A DNA stretch of 63,038 nt from Halieaceae bacterium (GTDB lineage: Bacteria; Pseudomonadota; Gammaproteobacteria; Pseudomonadales; Halieaceae). The notes under the pieces are model-generated. The model searched no databases. It was given only the letters and a program-made list of their open reading frames with translations, and was not told the DNA's origin. The stretch is taken from assembly GCA_018657645.1 (NCBI GenBank), contig JABHWT010000164.1, positions 1 to 63,038 of the forward strand, given 5' to 3'. Within the stretch, counting starts at the first letter, position 1. The number at the start of each line of letters is the position of its first letter. Below, one piece after another: positions 19,168-30,308 of this stretch. Position numbers and translations under genes: made by a program.

Positions 19168-20424
19168 CTAGCCAAGCCTTCTAGTGTGCGGCGTAACCTG
19201 CTCTGGCATGGGCAATTCGGGCAGTCGAGACTCGTGCAGCAACAGGCCCCGTTGAAAATATGCGGCGCTGACTTTAGGCTCACCCAGGCTGATCAACAAC
19301 CTGCCAAGCTCCGCACATACTTCAGTTGTCTTCTCCAGTTTATAGCTGCTTTCAAAATAATCCCGGGCCTTGCCCCATAGCTTATTCCGCGCTGCCAGTC
19401 GACCAAGACACAGGAAAAGCTCTGCATCAGCTTCGTGGGCAGCCAACCAACTCTCCGCCTGGGCCAGCTGCCGGGATGCATTGTCGCTCTCGATAAGACC
19501 GAAGGCATGCACCAGTGTCGAGTTCCAGTTTTGCTTTAGCGAGTGCAGAATAGTTTTCTCGGCCACCCCGTACTGCCCCTGTTCAATCAATAACTCGACA
19601 TAGGATTGTATTAATTCAGAATCCTTGCGAAGTGGCGCCGGGAGCTTATGCCACTGAGCCTGTAGCGCACTGGACGCGGAATCCCCATTAGCCCGCGCAC
19701 CTGCGGACAATAACTGTAAATGCACAGACCTCTCGAGCTCCAGAAGCTGATCCTGAGGCAAAACCTTGTACTTTTTTAACTCGGGCAACAAATCTGCCAG
19801 ATTATTCCAGTCTCGCAACCCCAGATAGACCTTGTGTAATAAACTCAATACATACGGGTGCCTACCCGCATTACGCCGGGCTCGCACCAGCGTTGCCAGA
19901 GCCTGCTCATACTGCCCGTTATGTAGCTTCAGCTCTGCCTGGGTGAGTTCCACTGCAATTCCAGCCTCGGATTCAGAATCCTCCGCAGCACCCAGGTACT
20001 CTCGCATTTTATCCAGCTCATTGAGCCGATAGCTTGCCCTCGCCGCCACCAGATAGTTGAGCAGGGGCACCTCGTTACTTGCCGCCGCAGCGAGCAACTG
20101 GCGTCTGGACTTGGCCCAATTCCCTTCAATAAAACTGATAAACCCTCTGGTCGTCTGGCGGGCAGCCTGTCTGGCCTTGCGGGTTCCCATCCACCCAATG
20201 AAAGATCTTTGTCCGCCCAGTGCTTTGCGAATCAGGCTTATCGGTAAATACACCAGTACGACAACAAGTGCCAGAACCAACAAACCCACCCACAAGCTAG
20301 CCTCAATGGTATAGTTGCCATAGGCGATCAGAACGTAGCCTGGATCGGTCTCTATCAGTGCGACAATGCCCACCCCAAGCAGTAAGGCCACCAGCACCAG
20401 AACGAACATCTTTTGCATGATCAT
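19168..20424 (-). CDS. hemY: HemY protein (TPR, inner membrane)
   Basis: Two N-terminal TM helices plus TPR-like repeats. Last gene of the hemCDXY order. Confidence 0.85.
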   Translation of the reverse strand: MIMQKMFVLVLVALLLGVGIVALIETDPGYVLIAYGNYTIEASLWVGLLVLALVVVLVYLPISLIRKALGGQRSFIGWMGTRKARQAARQTTRGFISFIEGNWAKSRRQLLAAAASNEVPLLNYLVAARASYRLNELDKMREYLGAAEDSESEAGIAVELTQAELKLHNGQYEQALATLVRARRNAGRHPYVLSLLHKVYLGLRDWNNLADLLPELKKYKVLPQDQLLELERSVHLQLLSAGARANGDSASSALQAQWHKLPAPLRKDSELIQSYVELLIEQGQYGVAEKTILHSLKQNWNSTLVHAFGLIESDNASRQLAQAESWLAAHEADAELFLCLGRLAARNKLWGKARDYFESSYKLEKTTEVCAELGRLLISLGEPKVSAAYFQRGLLLHESRLPELPMPEQVTPHTRRLG

Positions 20425-21602
20425 TCGCTCCCTGAAGGTCGCAGGCGCTGATTCATTACGTCATTTATGGCACTGAGCGACCTCGATATATCTGGCAGAC
20501 CAGGTGCTATATTCTCCGTCAACAATGTTGCAATCGCCTCTGCCATCGCCTTGGCCGCAGCCTCGTCCGACTGGAAGAATTCGGCCACCCAGTGGTTGGA
20601 GCGCTGCAAGCTCTCCCGAAACAACAGTTGGTTACCCGACAATAGTGCCACCTGCGCCTGCTCAAGTAACATACGTAGATTCTGTCGCACCAGACCCTCC
20701 CACTGAGGGTCCATCAAAGCCTGCATTGGTACATCCCGGCGCCGGATAATAATGTAATCAGACAACTTGTTAAGGGCCGCTCGGTACCCCTGCTGCAAAC
20801 GCTCCTGCCAGTTCTGTGCGGGTTGTGGGGCAACCGGAGCCTGGATATCCGGGAGCTGAAAAATTACTAAACTGGCAGTCTGTTCGATCAGTGCTGAGAG
20901 CCGCAAGTACATGCCCTCGGTGTCGTATCTTGGTACCGCTCGCAAAGCGGCCAGGTCCGCCGCTACTGCCAAGCGAACAGGGTGCAATCGCACATCGTCA
21001 AGTTCTGCCAGAATCCGGTCTGCACTGCTCAATAGTGCCTCTGCCGCCACCACGTCATCAGCCATGATCAAACGCTGATTAGCTAATCGCAGCAGGTATT
21101 GTGCCTCGGCGAGCAACCAGTCCCGCCGGTCTGTTGCCCCGAACCTGGAAAGCTCCTCTCGTTGGGCTGAAAGACGCGCCTCAATGCCCCTAAGTTGCTT
21201 GGCCTGTCGAGCAACCTGGGCCTGGGCTTTGCTATTGCGAGCCGCGAGCCCCCGCTCCATGCGTTCACTGAGCTCGGCCAATCCGGCAGATTCCTGTGCG
21301 GCAGTATTTTCCAAGACAAGCAATCGCGCCTGCAAAGCACTTTCTCTGCGCTGGGCTTCCATAACTGTCCAACCCGCAGCCAGTCCCATACCCACGACCA
21401 GCAGCAAAGCCAACCAACCGACGCCCGACGATCTGGTGCCTGTCATCGATTTAGATTTCGCCACCGCTGGTACGTCCCTGGTGCTTTCGATGGAAGAAGC
21501 CGAATCATCCCGGGAGGCACCGGAATCCTCTCTGCTCTGGTCAGATTCTCGCTCGCTCTTGTCTTGCTGTTCAGTCACCCAATAGTCTCCGACGCCCGAC
21601 AC
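20421..21602 (-). CDS. hemX: HemX (so-called uroporphyrinogen-III C-methyltransferase family membrane protein)
   Basis: Acidic N-terminus, one TM helix, long coiled-coil periplasmic part, position between hemD and hemY. An alternative GTG start at 21578 would give a GTGA overlap with the hemD stop. Confidence 0.8.
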   Translation of the reverse strand: MSGVGDYWVTEQQDKSERESDQSREDSGASRDDSASSIESTRDVPAVAKSKSMTGTRSSGVGWLALLLVVGMGLAAGWTVMEAQRRESALQARLLVLENTAAQESAGLAELSERMERGLAARNSKAQAQVARQAKQLRGIEARLSAQREELSRFGATDRRDWLLAEAQYLLRLANQRLIMADDVVAAEALLSSADRILAELDDVRLHPVRLAVAADLAALRAVPRYDTEGMYLRLSALIEQTASLVIFQLPDIQAPVAPQPAQNWQERLQQGYRAALNKLSDYIIIRRRDVPMQALMDPQWEGLVRQNLRMLLEQAQVALLSGNQLLFRESLQRSNHWVAEFFQSDEAAAKAMAEAIATLLTENIAPGLPDISRSLSAINDVMNQRLRPSGSE

Positions 21603-22354
21603 CAGTTTTCTGCCGCACTCTGCATTGCCGCATCTGAGGCATTATCCGCCGTGTGCACTCGCATAAACCCGGCATCCCGTGCCATCTTCGCAACCCGCTT
21701 TGAGGGAACTACCAGGGTCACCGTTAGTAATTTAGTGGTTTCCTGGGGGCTAAGCAATGTCAAAAAGTTGCACAATCCTTCGCCACTGCTAATTAACACA
21801 AGATCTATTTGCCATTGTGCGAGCATTGAGGACAAAGCGCCGGCAGGTAGATCGGGGCATTGACGCCGATAGCACTCGAGTACTTCCACCTGTGCACCCC
21901 GGGATGTCAGCGCAGATTGAATAGCAGTCCGGCCACCCTCGCCCTTTACAATCAGCACTCTGTCGCCGGACACCTCCTGTAGCTGCGAAATTGCCAGCAG
22001 ACTTTCACTGGTCATCGCTTTATCAGAGGTCACTGCAGCTACCCCATAATCTCTCAGTAGCCTGGCCGTCGCATCACCGATGGCATACCAGGCGACACCA
22101 ACCGGGAGCTGGGGCCAGAAATCCTCGATCCATCCCATACCGAAATTAACTGCATTGCCACTGACAAAAACAATGTGCCGGAATTGGTCAAGATCCTGAA
22201 TCTGGCGGCGTTGCCTGGCTGGCATGGCCAGGGGTGCCACCAATTCAAGCAAAGGCTGGCAGTGAACTGTAAAGCCTTCACTCTCCAATGCAGCACACAA
22301 TTTTGCCGCTTGCGGCGCTGGCCTGGTTACCAAGACACGGGCTTTATTGGCCAT
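21575..22354 (-). CDS. hemD: uroporphyrinogen-III synthase
   Basis: [16 protein letters not shown] start at 22354 overlaps the hemC stop by 11 nt. The ORF-track start at 22543 runs into hemC and is implausible. Confidence 0.85.
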   Translation of the reverse strand: MANKARVLVTRPAPQAAKLCAALESEGFTVHCQPLLELVAPLAMPARQRRQIQDLDQFRHIVFVSGNAVNFGMGWIEDFWPQLPVGVAWYAIGDATARLLRDYGVAAVTSDKAMTSESLLAISQLQEVSGDRVLIVKGEGGRTAIQSALTSRGAQVEVLECYRRQCPDLPAGALSSMLAQWQIDLVLISSGEGLCNFLTLLSPQETTKLLTVTLVVPSKRVAKMARDAGFMRVHTADNASDAAMQSAAENWCRASETIG

Positions 22355-23276
22355 AGACCTCGGCCAGAATATCGGCGGCACCCTGGGCCAACAAGTCCTT
22401 CGCCACTGCAATGCCCAGTTGCTCAGCCCCGGCGGCAGGCGCCTCGCCATCGGCTCGCAGTACGAGTGATCCATCGGGCCTACCCACCAGACCTCGCAGC
22501 CACAGCTTGTCGCCCGCTCGGTTAAAATCGGCAAAGCAGGCAATAGGGACCTGGCAGCCTCCCTGCAAGTGTTGATTCAGCGCTCGCTCGGCGCCGACCC
22601 GGGCCGCCGTAGGCTCGTGGTGAAGGGCCTGCAGTAGCCTCTTGATTTCAATATCTCCGCTGCGCAATTCAATACCAACCGCACCCTGGCCACCTGCAGG
22701 CAGCGATTCTTCCACCGACATCGAATATCGAATGTCCGAGGCCAACTGCAACCGAATCAGCCCGGCGCTGGCGAGGATAATTGCATCGTACTCGCCCTCC
22801 TCCAATTTGCGCAGGCGTGTATTAACATTACCCCGCAAAAACCTGACATTGAGCTGTGGAAAACGCTCTTTCAACTGACACTCTCGCCGTAGGCTGGAAG
22901 TCCCTACCACGCTGTCCGCAGGGAGTGCAGCCAGTGATTTGTAGCGATGGCTTACAAACGCGTCGGTGGGGTCCTCGCGCTGACATACCACTCCCAATTG
23001 CAGGCCGTCTGGAAATTCCATGGGAACGTCCTTCATTGAGTGGACGGCAATATCTGCGGAACCATCCAGCAACGCCGTTTCAAGCTCCTTCACGAACAGG
23101 CCTTTACCACCCACCTTGGCAAGCGGAACGTCCAGCAACTGGTCTCCGCGAGACGTCATGCCCAGTAAATTCACTTCCAGACCGGGATGTGCATTTTGTA
23201 AGGCTGTGCGCACGTACTGTGCCTGCCACAGAGCCAGTGGGCTCTCCCGGGTTGCTATGGTCAAACTGCGCGGCAT
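22344..23276 (-). CDS. hemC: hydroxymethylbilane synthase (porphobilinogen deaminase)
   Basis: 310 aa. [20 protein letters not shown] and the cofactor cysteine region (GGCQVPI) are present. Confidence 0.97.
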   Translation of the reverse strand: MPRSLTIATRESPLALWQAQYVRTALQNAHPGLEVNLLGMTSRGDQLLDVPLAKVGGKGLFVKELETALLDGSADIAVHSMKDVPMEFPDGLQLGVVCQREDPTDAFVSHRYKSLAALPADSVVGTSSLRRECQLKERFPQLNVRFLRGNVNTRLRKLEEGEYDAIILASAGLIRLQLASDIRYSMSVEESLPAGGQGAVGIELRSGDIEIKRLLQALHHEPTAARVGAERALNQHLQGGCQVPIACFADFNRAGDKLWLRGLVGRPDGSLVLRADGEAPAAGAEQLGIAVAKDLLAQGAADILAEVYGQ

Positions 23277-23474
23277 AATTCGACTGTCCTTTTAGGGGAC
23301 AGCGATTATATCAGGCTCCGTTGTGGGCTGCGCTACCCGGGGTCTTATTTATCAGCTCCCCCGCTGCCAGAGCTGATATACTTCGCAGCTTGCGTTCAAC
23401 CTATGGGGATCAGGTTTCAAATCCTGATGAACTGCCAACATTACCGGGGCGGCTAGAGCAGGTTTTCAATCATC

Positions 23475-24950
23475 ATGAGTAAATCCAAGGACACCAGTAA
23501 ATTATGGGGCGGTCGATTTAACGAGGCCACAGACAGCTTCGTGCAGCGATTTACCGCCTCTGTTCAGTTTGATGCCCGCATGGCCGATCAGGACATCCAG
23601 GGCTCTCTTGCACACGCCGACATGCTGTGTGCCATCGGTGTACTCAGTTCCTCTGAGCTCGAGGAAATTCAACAGGGGCTGACCCAGGTCAAACGGGAAA
23701 TAGATGAAGGCTCTTTCAACTGGTCCATCGAGCTTGAAGATGTTCACATGAATATCGAGGCGCGGCTGACGGCCTTGATTGGATCAACCGGGAAAAAATT
23801 ACACACGGGCCGATCACGCAATGACCAGGTAGCAACCGATATTCGTCTGCACCTGCGATCCGCAATAGATAGTATTGCCCGGGAACTCACCCGTCTGCAA
23901 GAGGGAACCATCGCTCTGGCTGCCGCCCACAGCACCACCATTATGCCCGGCTTCACCCACCTACAAACTGCGCAACCGGTCTCCTTTGGCCATCACCTGC
24001 TAGCCTGGAACGAAATGCTGGAGCGCGATTACGGCAGACTGATGGACTGCCGTCGACGCATGAACCAATCTCCACTGGGCGCAGCGGCCCTCGCGGGAAC
24101 CACCTATCCGATTGATCGCTATCAGACATCGGCGGCACTTGGCTTTGACAGGCCAACAGAAAACTCTCTGGATTCTGTGTCCGACCGGGATTTTGCCGTT
24201 GAATTCTGTTCCTTCGCAGCTTTGTTGATGACCCACCTATCGCGAATTTCAGAGGAGTTGATTCTATGGACCTCAGCTCAGTTCAACTTTGTTGAACTAC
24301 CTGACCGCTTCTGCACTGGCTCTTCGATCATGCCCCAGAAAAAAAACCCGGACGTGCCGGAGCTTGTGCGCGGCAAGGTCGGTCGGGTCAATGGCCACCT
24401 GGTCGCGTTGCTCACCCTGATGAAAAGTCAGCCACTGGCTTACAACAAGGATAATCAAGAAGACAAGGAGCCGCTATTTGATACGGTGGATACCGTAATG
24501 GATTGCCTGCGGGCTTTCGCCGACATGATCCCGGCAATAAAGCCAAGGACAAATGAAATGCACGAGGCCGCCCGAAGAGGCTTTTCAACTGCCACTGATC
24601 TCGCCGATTACCTGGTAGGGCGAGGCCTGCCCTTCAGGGACGCCCACGAAGTCGTCGGCAAAGCAGTAGCACACGGCGTGGCAACCGGCCTGGACCTGGC
24701 AGAAATGGAGCTGACTACACTGCAGGAATTCTGCCCTGATATAGGTAAAGATGTGTTCGATGTACTGACATTGGAGGGGTCGATCGCCGCTCGCGATCAC
24801 CTGGGGGGAACAGCGCCGGCGCAGGTGGCTGCCGCTGGCTCGCGTGCAATGGAGCGCCTGCAACAACGCAAGGCTAGCTCCGAGCAACCCTCCGGGAATA
24901 ATGAGCCTGACAAAGGCCAGGCGAACAGGTCTGATTTTAGGGTCGATTGA
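23475..24950 (+). CDS. argH: argininosuccinate lyase
   Basis: LWGGRF N-terminus, [12 protein letters not shown] signature. About 30 extra low-complexity residues at the C-terminus. Confidence 0.97.
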   Translation: MSKSKDTSKLWGGRFNEATDSFVQRFTASVQFDARMADQDIQGSLAHADMLCAIGVLSSSELEEIQQGLTQVKREIDEGSFNWSIELEDVHMNIEARLTALIGSTGKKLHTGRSRNDQVATDIRLHLRSAIDSIARELTRLQEGTIALAAAHSTTIMPGFTHLQTAQPVSFGHHLLAWNEMLERDYGRLMDCRRRMNQSPLGAAALAGTTYPIDRYQTSAALGFDRPTENSLDSVSDRDFAVEFCSFAALLMTHLSRISEELILWTSAQFNFVELPDRFCTGSSIMPQKKNPDVPELVRGKVGRVNGHLVALLTLMKSQPLAYNKDNQEDKEPLFDTVDTVMDCLRAFADMIPAIKPRTNEMHEAARRGFSTATDLADYLVGRGLPFRDAHEVVGKAVAHGVATGLDLAEMELTTLQEFCPDIGKDVFDVLTLEGSIAARDHLGGTAPAQVAAAGSRAMERLQQRKASSEQPSGNNEPDKGQANRSDFRVD

Positions 24951-25080
24951 GGTCGGGGGCGCACCAGTTGCCCTCTTCGAGCAGGAGAAATGACTGTTTT
25001 ACGGATTCCGTGCGCGGTTGGCTGTTATCGGGTAGCCTCCTGACGGTACAATTAGCAACTTTACTGCCTGGACCATCACT

Positions 25081-25227
25081 ATGCGTTATACCGTCTCCGC
25101 CCTCATTCTAATGTGCACCCTGGCCCTGCAGACCGGGTGCGGTCAGACCGGTCCTCTATACCTTCCGGGCCAGGAACCTTCTTCCGAGAAGCCCGATGAG
25201 CGTAAACAAGTCCCTGTATCTCGCTGA
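25081..25227 (+). CDS. lptM: LPS-assembly lipoprotein LptM (YifL)
   Basis: 48-aa ORF, too short for the ORF track: MRYTVSALILMCTLALQTGCGQTGPLYLPGQEP.... It has a lipobox plus the CGQ.GPLYLP motif and the canonical position just upstream of lysA. Confidence 0.7.
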   Translation: MRYTVSALILMCTLALQTGCGQTGPLYLPGQEPSSEKPDERKQVPVSR

Positions 25228-25238
25228 TTTACGGAGCC

Positions 25239-26495
25239 TTGTTCATGGACTACTTTCCCTACCGCGACGAGTCCTTATACGTCGAGGACGTCGCCGTAAA
25301 CAGCATAGCAACGGCGCACGGCACCCCCTGCTACATTTATTCGCGAGCGGCTCTGGAAGCTGCCCTGGGCGAATACCAGCACGCGCTGGCTGGCTGTTCG
25401 CACCTGATCTGCTATGCGGTAAAGGCGAATTCCAATCTGGCGGTGCTGAACATTATGGCCCGATTAGGTGCCGGTTTCGATATCGTATCAGGCGGCGAAC
25501 TCGAGCGCGTTATCGCAGCCAGCGGTGATCCGGCGAAGATAGTATTTTCCGGCGTCGCGAAAAAAACTGAGGAAATGGCCCGGGCACTGGAACTGGGAAT
25601 CCACTGTTTCAATATTGAATCTGCAGCCGAGCTGGAGGCCCTGAACCGGGTTGCCGGCGAGATGGGCAAAACTGCGCCTGTCTCAATCAGGGTAAATCCA
25701 GATGTAGATGCCAGGACGCATCCCTATATTTCCACCGGTTTGCGAGAGAACAAATTTGGCGTAACAACCGAGGAGGCACTGCGGCTTTACCTGCGAGCCA
25801 ACGAGTTGGACCACCTGGAAATCATGGGAATCGATTGCCATATCGGCTCCCAGCTCACCGAATTGAGCCCTTTTATTGCCGCCCTGCATCGGCTACTGGC
25901 CCTGATCGACTCGCTCAAGGAGCAGGGTATTTGCGTTCATCACCTCGATCTGGGAGGTGGCTTGGGTGTAAGTTATGGAGACGTAAACGCGCCCTCAATC
26001 GGCGAGTATATTGCTGCCATACGTCGGGAAATTGGTGAGCGAAAGCTTACATTGCTGCTTGAGCCCGGTCGCTCTATCGCCGCCAACGCCGGCATTCTGG
26101 TTACAAAAGTAGAGTATCTCAAACCCACGCCTGACCATAATTTTGCATTGGTCGATGCAGCGATGAACGACATGATCCGTCCGGCCCTGTATCAAGCCTG
26201 GCTACGCATTCAAACGGTGCAACAAAAGCCGGATAGCGAAACTCTGTGCTGGGATGTGGTTGGGCCAGTCTGTGAAACCGCGGATTTCCTCGGCAAAAAC
26301 CGGGATCTTGCGATTGCGGCGGGAGATCTCCTGGCCGTATTCGGCGCTGGCGCATATGGCTTCACCATGAGTTCCAATTACAATAGCCGCGGGCGGGCCG
26401 CCGAAATCATGGTGGACGGGGAACGTCATCACCAGGTGCGCAAAAGGGAAACAATAGCTGATATCATGGCGGGTGAAAGCTGCCTCCCCGTTTGA
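25239..26495 (+). CDS. lysA: diaminopimelate decarboxylase
   Basis: 418 aa, YAVKAN PLP-lysine motif, GGGLG, conserved lysA-dapF order. Confidence 0.97.
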   Translation: MFMDYFPYRDESLYVEDVAVNSIATAHGTPCYIYSRAALEAALGEYQHALAGCSHLICYAVKANSNLAVLNIMARLGAGFDIVSGGELERVIAASGDPAKIVFSGVAKKTEEMARALELGIHCFNIESAAELEALNRVAGEMGKTAPVSIRVNPDVDARTHPYISTGLRENKFGVTTEEALRLYLRANELDHLEIMGIDCHIGSQLTELSPFIAALHRLLALIDSLKEQGICVHHLDLGGGLGVSYGDVNAPSIGEYIAAIRREIGERKLTLLLEPGRSIAANAGILVTKVEYLKPTPDHNFALVDAAMNDMIRPALYQAWLRIQTVQQKPDSETLCWDVVGPVCETADFLGKNRDLAIAAGDLLAVFGAGAYGFTMSSNYNSRGRAAEIMVDGERHHQVRKRETIADIMAGESCLPV

Positions 26496-26524
26496 GGCTG
26501 CAAGCCCGGAGCAGTCGATAAGCG

Positions 26525-27355
26525 ATGCAACTCAAATTCACCAAGATGCATGGCGCCGGCAATGACTTCGTAGTCATTGATTTGATTAGTCAACGCTGCC
26601 ATCTGCGACCCAGTCATATACGCCTGCTGGCTGACCGCCACCTCGGCGTTGGCTGCGATCAGGTGCTCGTAGTTGAGGCACCGCGCCATCCCGACATCGA
26701 TTTTCAATACCGCATATACAATGCCGATGGCCAGGAGGTAGAGCAGTGCGGGAACGGTGCTCGCTGTTTTGCCCGCTTTGTACGAGACAAGAAATTAACA
26801 GCAAAACGTATCATTACCGTCGAGACGAGCAGCGGCATTCTGGAACTGCGAGTCCGCGGCAACAATGAGGTGGAAGTCGATATGGGCACACCTGAACTGG
26901 AACCTCGAAATATACCGTACGCGGCGCTCCATCGTGCACTATCGTATTCAATGATTGTAGAGAACCAGGCGCTGGAAATCGGTGCGGTGTCAATGGGTAA
27001 CCCGCATGCTGTGTTGCGGGTTGAACAGGTCGATACAGCAGATGTACAGGGCCTGGGTTCCAAACTGGAGTCGCACTGTGATTTCCCCAAGGGTGTCAAT
27101 GTCGGTTTCATGCAGATTATGTCGGAATCGGAAATCAAGCTGCGGGTGTTCGAGCGAGGAGCGGGAGAGACACTGGCCTGTGGCACGGGCGCATGCGCCG
27201 CAGTAGTATACGGCATTATGCAAGGTTGGCTTCGCCATGTAGTGACTGTTTGCCTTCCCGGAGGTAAGCTCACTGTATCCTGGGAAGGCGAAGGCCAGCC
27301 GGTGACGATGACCGGACCAACCGCTACGGTATTTGAGGGTAATATACGTATCTAA
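26525..27355 (+). CDS. dapF: diaminopimelate epimerase
   Basis: FTKMHGAGNDF N-terminus, catalytic cysteines (EQCGNGARC, ETLACGTGA). Confidence 0.97.
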   Translation: MQLKFTKMHGAGNDFVVIDLISQRCHLRPSHIRLLADRHLGVGCDQVLVVEAPRHPDIDFQYRIYNADGQEVEQCGNGARCFARFVRDKKLTAKRIITVETSSGILELRVRGNNEVEVDMGTPELEPRNIPYAALHRALSYSMIVENQALEIGAVSMGNPHAVLRVEQVDTADVQGLGSKLESHCDFPKGVNVGFMQIMSESEIKLRVFERGAGETLACGTGACAAVVYGIMQGWLRHVVTVCLPGGKLTVSWEGEGQPVTMTGPTATVFEGNIRI

Positions 27356-27461
27356 ACAAAAAGCTATGCATTCGCAGGTTGCAGCAATACACGCGGCAAA
27401 ATGCGTCTTCGAAGGCATGGTGTAGCCGTGTCGAGGCACTACAAATCAGAGGGAAAAACAA

Positions 27462-28157
27462 ATGTCCGGTACTGTCGAGCAGCCCACTCCAGGTAACATG
27501 GAACTCAATGAGCAGCAGGTTGTAGATTACCTGAAGGACAACGGTGATTTCCTGCAACGTCATCCCCAATTGCTGGATTACTTACACATTGCTCATGCCT
27601 CGGGTTCCGCTGTGTCCCTGGTCGAAAAACAAGTGGGTATATTGCGCGAGCGCAATGTTGAGCTGCGACACAAGCTCAGCAGTTTGACTACCAGTGCCCG
27701 CGACAACGACCAACTCTACCTGCAAACACGTGCTCTGGTGTTAAAGCTGCTGGAAGCGGACTCTATCGAGGACCTCTACCGGGCATTTATGGAGTCGATG
27801 ACCAACGACTTCAAAGTGGAATACGCCTGCATGATCCTGTTTTCAGAAGATTCAGACAGAGGAGATGACTGCCGTTTTGATAGGGCTTCCAGCGCCAAGG
27901 AAAAAATTGGCGCGCTGCTTAGGTCCCAGACGGCCCTGTGCGGCGCCCTTCGAAAAGAGGAACTCCACTATCTTTTCCCGAATGCCAGTGAAGAGGGGTC
28001 GGCGGCTATCATGCCGCTCTATCGGGACCAGCAGTTAGGCCTTATTGCCGTGGGTAGTTCCGATGCCGGACATTATGATACTGGCATGGGAACCTTGTTT
28101 CTCACCCACGTCGCCCTCGTTGTAGAGCGCGTGCTGCCACGGCTCATGCAGCAGTAG
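27462..28157 (+). CDS. DUF484 family protein (YigA-like)
   Basis: 231 aa with coiled-coil plus GAF-like layout. Conserved position between dapF and xerC. Confidence 0.8.
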   Translation: MSGTVEQPTPGNMELNEQQVVDYLKDNGDFLQRHPQLLDYLHIAHASGSAVSLVEKQVGILRERNVELRHKLSSLTTSARDNDQLYLQTRALVLKLLEADSIEDLYRAFMESMTNDFKVEYACMILFSEDSDRGDDCRFDRASSAKEKIGALLRSQTALCGALRKEELHYLFPNASEEGSAAIMPLYRDQQLGLIAVGSSDAGHYDTGMGTLFLTHVALVVERVLPRLMQQ

Positions 28158-28171
28158 ACTGGAGACCCATC

Positions 28172-29089
28172 ATGGCCGTTACCGAATTTGAAAATGCGGC
28201 CACCCAGTTCCTCGATTATCTGCGAAATGTAAAGCAGTTTTCTACCCATACCCTGACGGGTTACCGTCGCGACCTATGCTCCCTGAAAGAGTATTGCGAC
28301 CGCCATAATATCCTCTGCGCCCAAACGCTTGATGAGCGCGACATTCGACAGTGGACCAGCCAGTTGCACCGGAGCGGTCTTGCCAGCAGTAGTATCCAGC
28401 GCCGGCTGTCTGCCATCCGTTCGTTCTTCAATTACCTGAGCCGTGAGCAGGGCCAGCGACACAACCCGGCAACGGGCGTGCAAGCACCCCGACAGGCCCG
28501 CAAACTGCCCAATACCATGGACGTAGACCAGGTGAATAAATACCTCGGTTTGGACGACAGTTCAATTATTGCCCTGCGAGATCAGGCCATGGCCGAATTA
28601 TTCTATTCCTCGGGCCTGCGACTGGCAGAGTTAGCAGCAATCAATACCAATGACATTGATCCACAGTCCCAGCTTCTCACCGTGACGGGAAAGGGCAATA
28701 AGACTCGCTCGGTTCCAGTCGGCGCGACTGCCCTGCAAGCGATTGTCAATTGGCAGGCTGTGCGCCCGGCAACTGCTGCGGATCACGACGGTGCCGCTGC
28801 GCTTTTCACTAGCAATAGGGGGAGTCGAATTAGTGTGCGCAACATTCAGGCAAGGATAAAGTTACTAGGCCGAAAATCCGGGATGCCTCGGGATATTCAC
28901 CCCCATATGCTACGCCACTCTTTTGCGAGCCACATGCTCGAATCCAGCGGGGACCTGCGGGCGGTGCAGGAAATGCTGGGCCACGCCAATATATCCACTA
29001 CCCAGATTTATACGCATCTCGATTTCCAGCACCTGGCCAAGGTCTACGATGCCGCCCATCCGCGGGCCAAGCGCCGCAAGAGAGACTGA
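28172..29089 (+). CDS. xerC: tyrosine recombinase XerC
   Basis: R..HxxR..Y catalytic set (HMLRHSFASH, LGHANISTTQIYTH). dapF-yigA-xerC-yigB context favours XerC over XerD. Confidence 0.92.
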   Translation: MAVTEFENAATQFLDYLRNVKQFSTHTLTGYRRDLCSLKEYCDRHNILCAQTLDERDIRQWTSQLHRSGLASSSIQRRLSAIRSFFNYLSREQGQRHNPATGVQAPRQARKLPNTMDVDQVNKYLGLDDSSIIALRDQAMAELFYSSGLRLAELAAINTNDIDPQSQLLTVTGKGNKTRSVPVGATALQAIVNWQAVRPATAADHDGAAALFTSNRGSRISVRNIQARIKLLGRKSGMPRDIHPHMLRHSFASHMLESSGDLRAVQEMLGHANISTTQIYTHLDFQHLAKVYDAAHPRAKRRKRD

Positions 29090-29094
29090 GCGCG

Positions 29095-29805
29095 ATGAAT
29101 CGCTCGATAAAAGTGATTACTTTCGACCTGGATAATACGCTCTGGGATGTTACCCCAACACTGCTCAAAGCGGAGCAGGCTCAGCGGGACTGGCTGCTGG
29201 AACACCGCCCGGGGGCCATTGAACAGCACGATCATCAAAGCCTCTGGGAATTGAAAAAGTCAGTGTGGAAGCGCAATACTCACCTGGCGCACCAAATCAG
29301 CAAAATGAGAATTCAGTTTCTGGTGGAGCTGCAGTGTGCTGCTGGCTACAGCGAGGCCAATGCCATCGAGGGCGCGAAACAGGCATTCCAGGTCTTTTTA
29401 CGCTGCCGCCACGCAGTAGTCCTGTATGAAGAGGCACTGGATGTCCTGCAATTGCTTGCGCGCACTTACACTCTGGGCGCACTCACCAACGGCAACGCGG
29501 ACGTGTATAAAACCGATGCAGGCGAGTATTTTGACTTCGCTTTTCTGGCTGAGGAACTTAATGCCAGCAAACCTGCACCCGATATGTTCCACGCGGCTCT
29601 GCGGCACTCGGGTGTGAGCGCAGAGCAAATTATTCATGTTGGCGACAATCCCGACCACGACATCGCCGGCGCACAGAGCGTAGGTATGCACACTATCTGG
29701 ATGAATTCTCAGGGAGAGGAATGGTCCGGTGGCGACCGCGCCGACCGGGAGATCGACAATTTGCAACAGCTACCAGAAGCCATAGAGGCCATTGCCGAAC
29801 CATAG
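29095..29805 (+). CDS. HAD-superfamily hydrolase (YigB-like phosphatase)
   Basis: DLDNTLW motif I, GALTNG motif II, GDNPDHD motif IV. Synteny after xerC. Confidence 0.8.
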   Translation: MNRSIKVITFDLDNTLWDVTPTLLKAEQAQRDWLLEHRPGAIEQHDHQSLWELKKSVWKRNTHLAHQISKMRIQFLVELQCAAGYSEANAIEGAKQAFQVFLRCRHAVVLYEEALDVLQLLARTYTLGALTNGNADVYKTDAGEYFDFAFLAEELNASKPAPDMFHAALRHSGVSAEQIIHVGDNPDHDIAGAQSVGMHTIWMNSQGEEWSGGDRADREIDNLQQLPEAIEAIAEP

Positions 29806-29837
29806 AGACAAGAATAGCGGGGGCTTCCTGGAAGGGG

Positions 29838-30206
<369 letters not shown>

Positions 30207-30256
30207 TTATTATGAAAGGCCTGAGCAGAATGGCAAGGGGCAAAAGCATCGGAGGC

Positions 30257-30282
30257 AAAAAAAAGGGGCCCCAGAGCCCCTT
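30257..30282 (-). terminator. Rho-independent terminator after amtB
   Basis: On the minus strand, AAGGGGC-TCTGGG-GCCCCTT is followed by TTTTTTTT, 27 nt downstream of the amtB stop. Confidence 0.75.
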
Positions 30283-30308
30283 AATCGGTCAAACATTTGC
30301 CATATGGC

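Noticed and set aside
23350-23378. A perfect 9-bp inverted repeat (TATCAGCTC-N11-GAGCTGATA) in the divergent hemC/argH promoter region.
   Set aside because: It could be an operator, but it matches no binding-site consensus I can name (not an ARG box). It is a single occurrence and was noted only.
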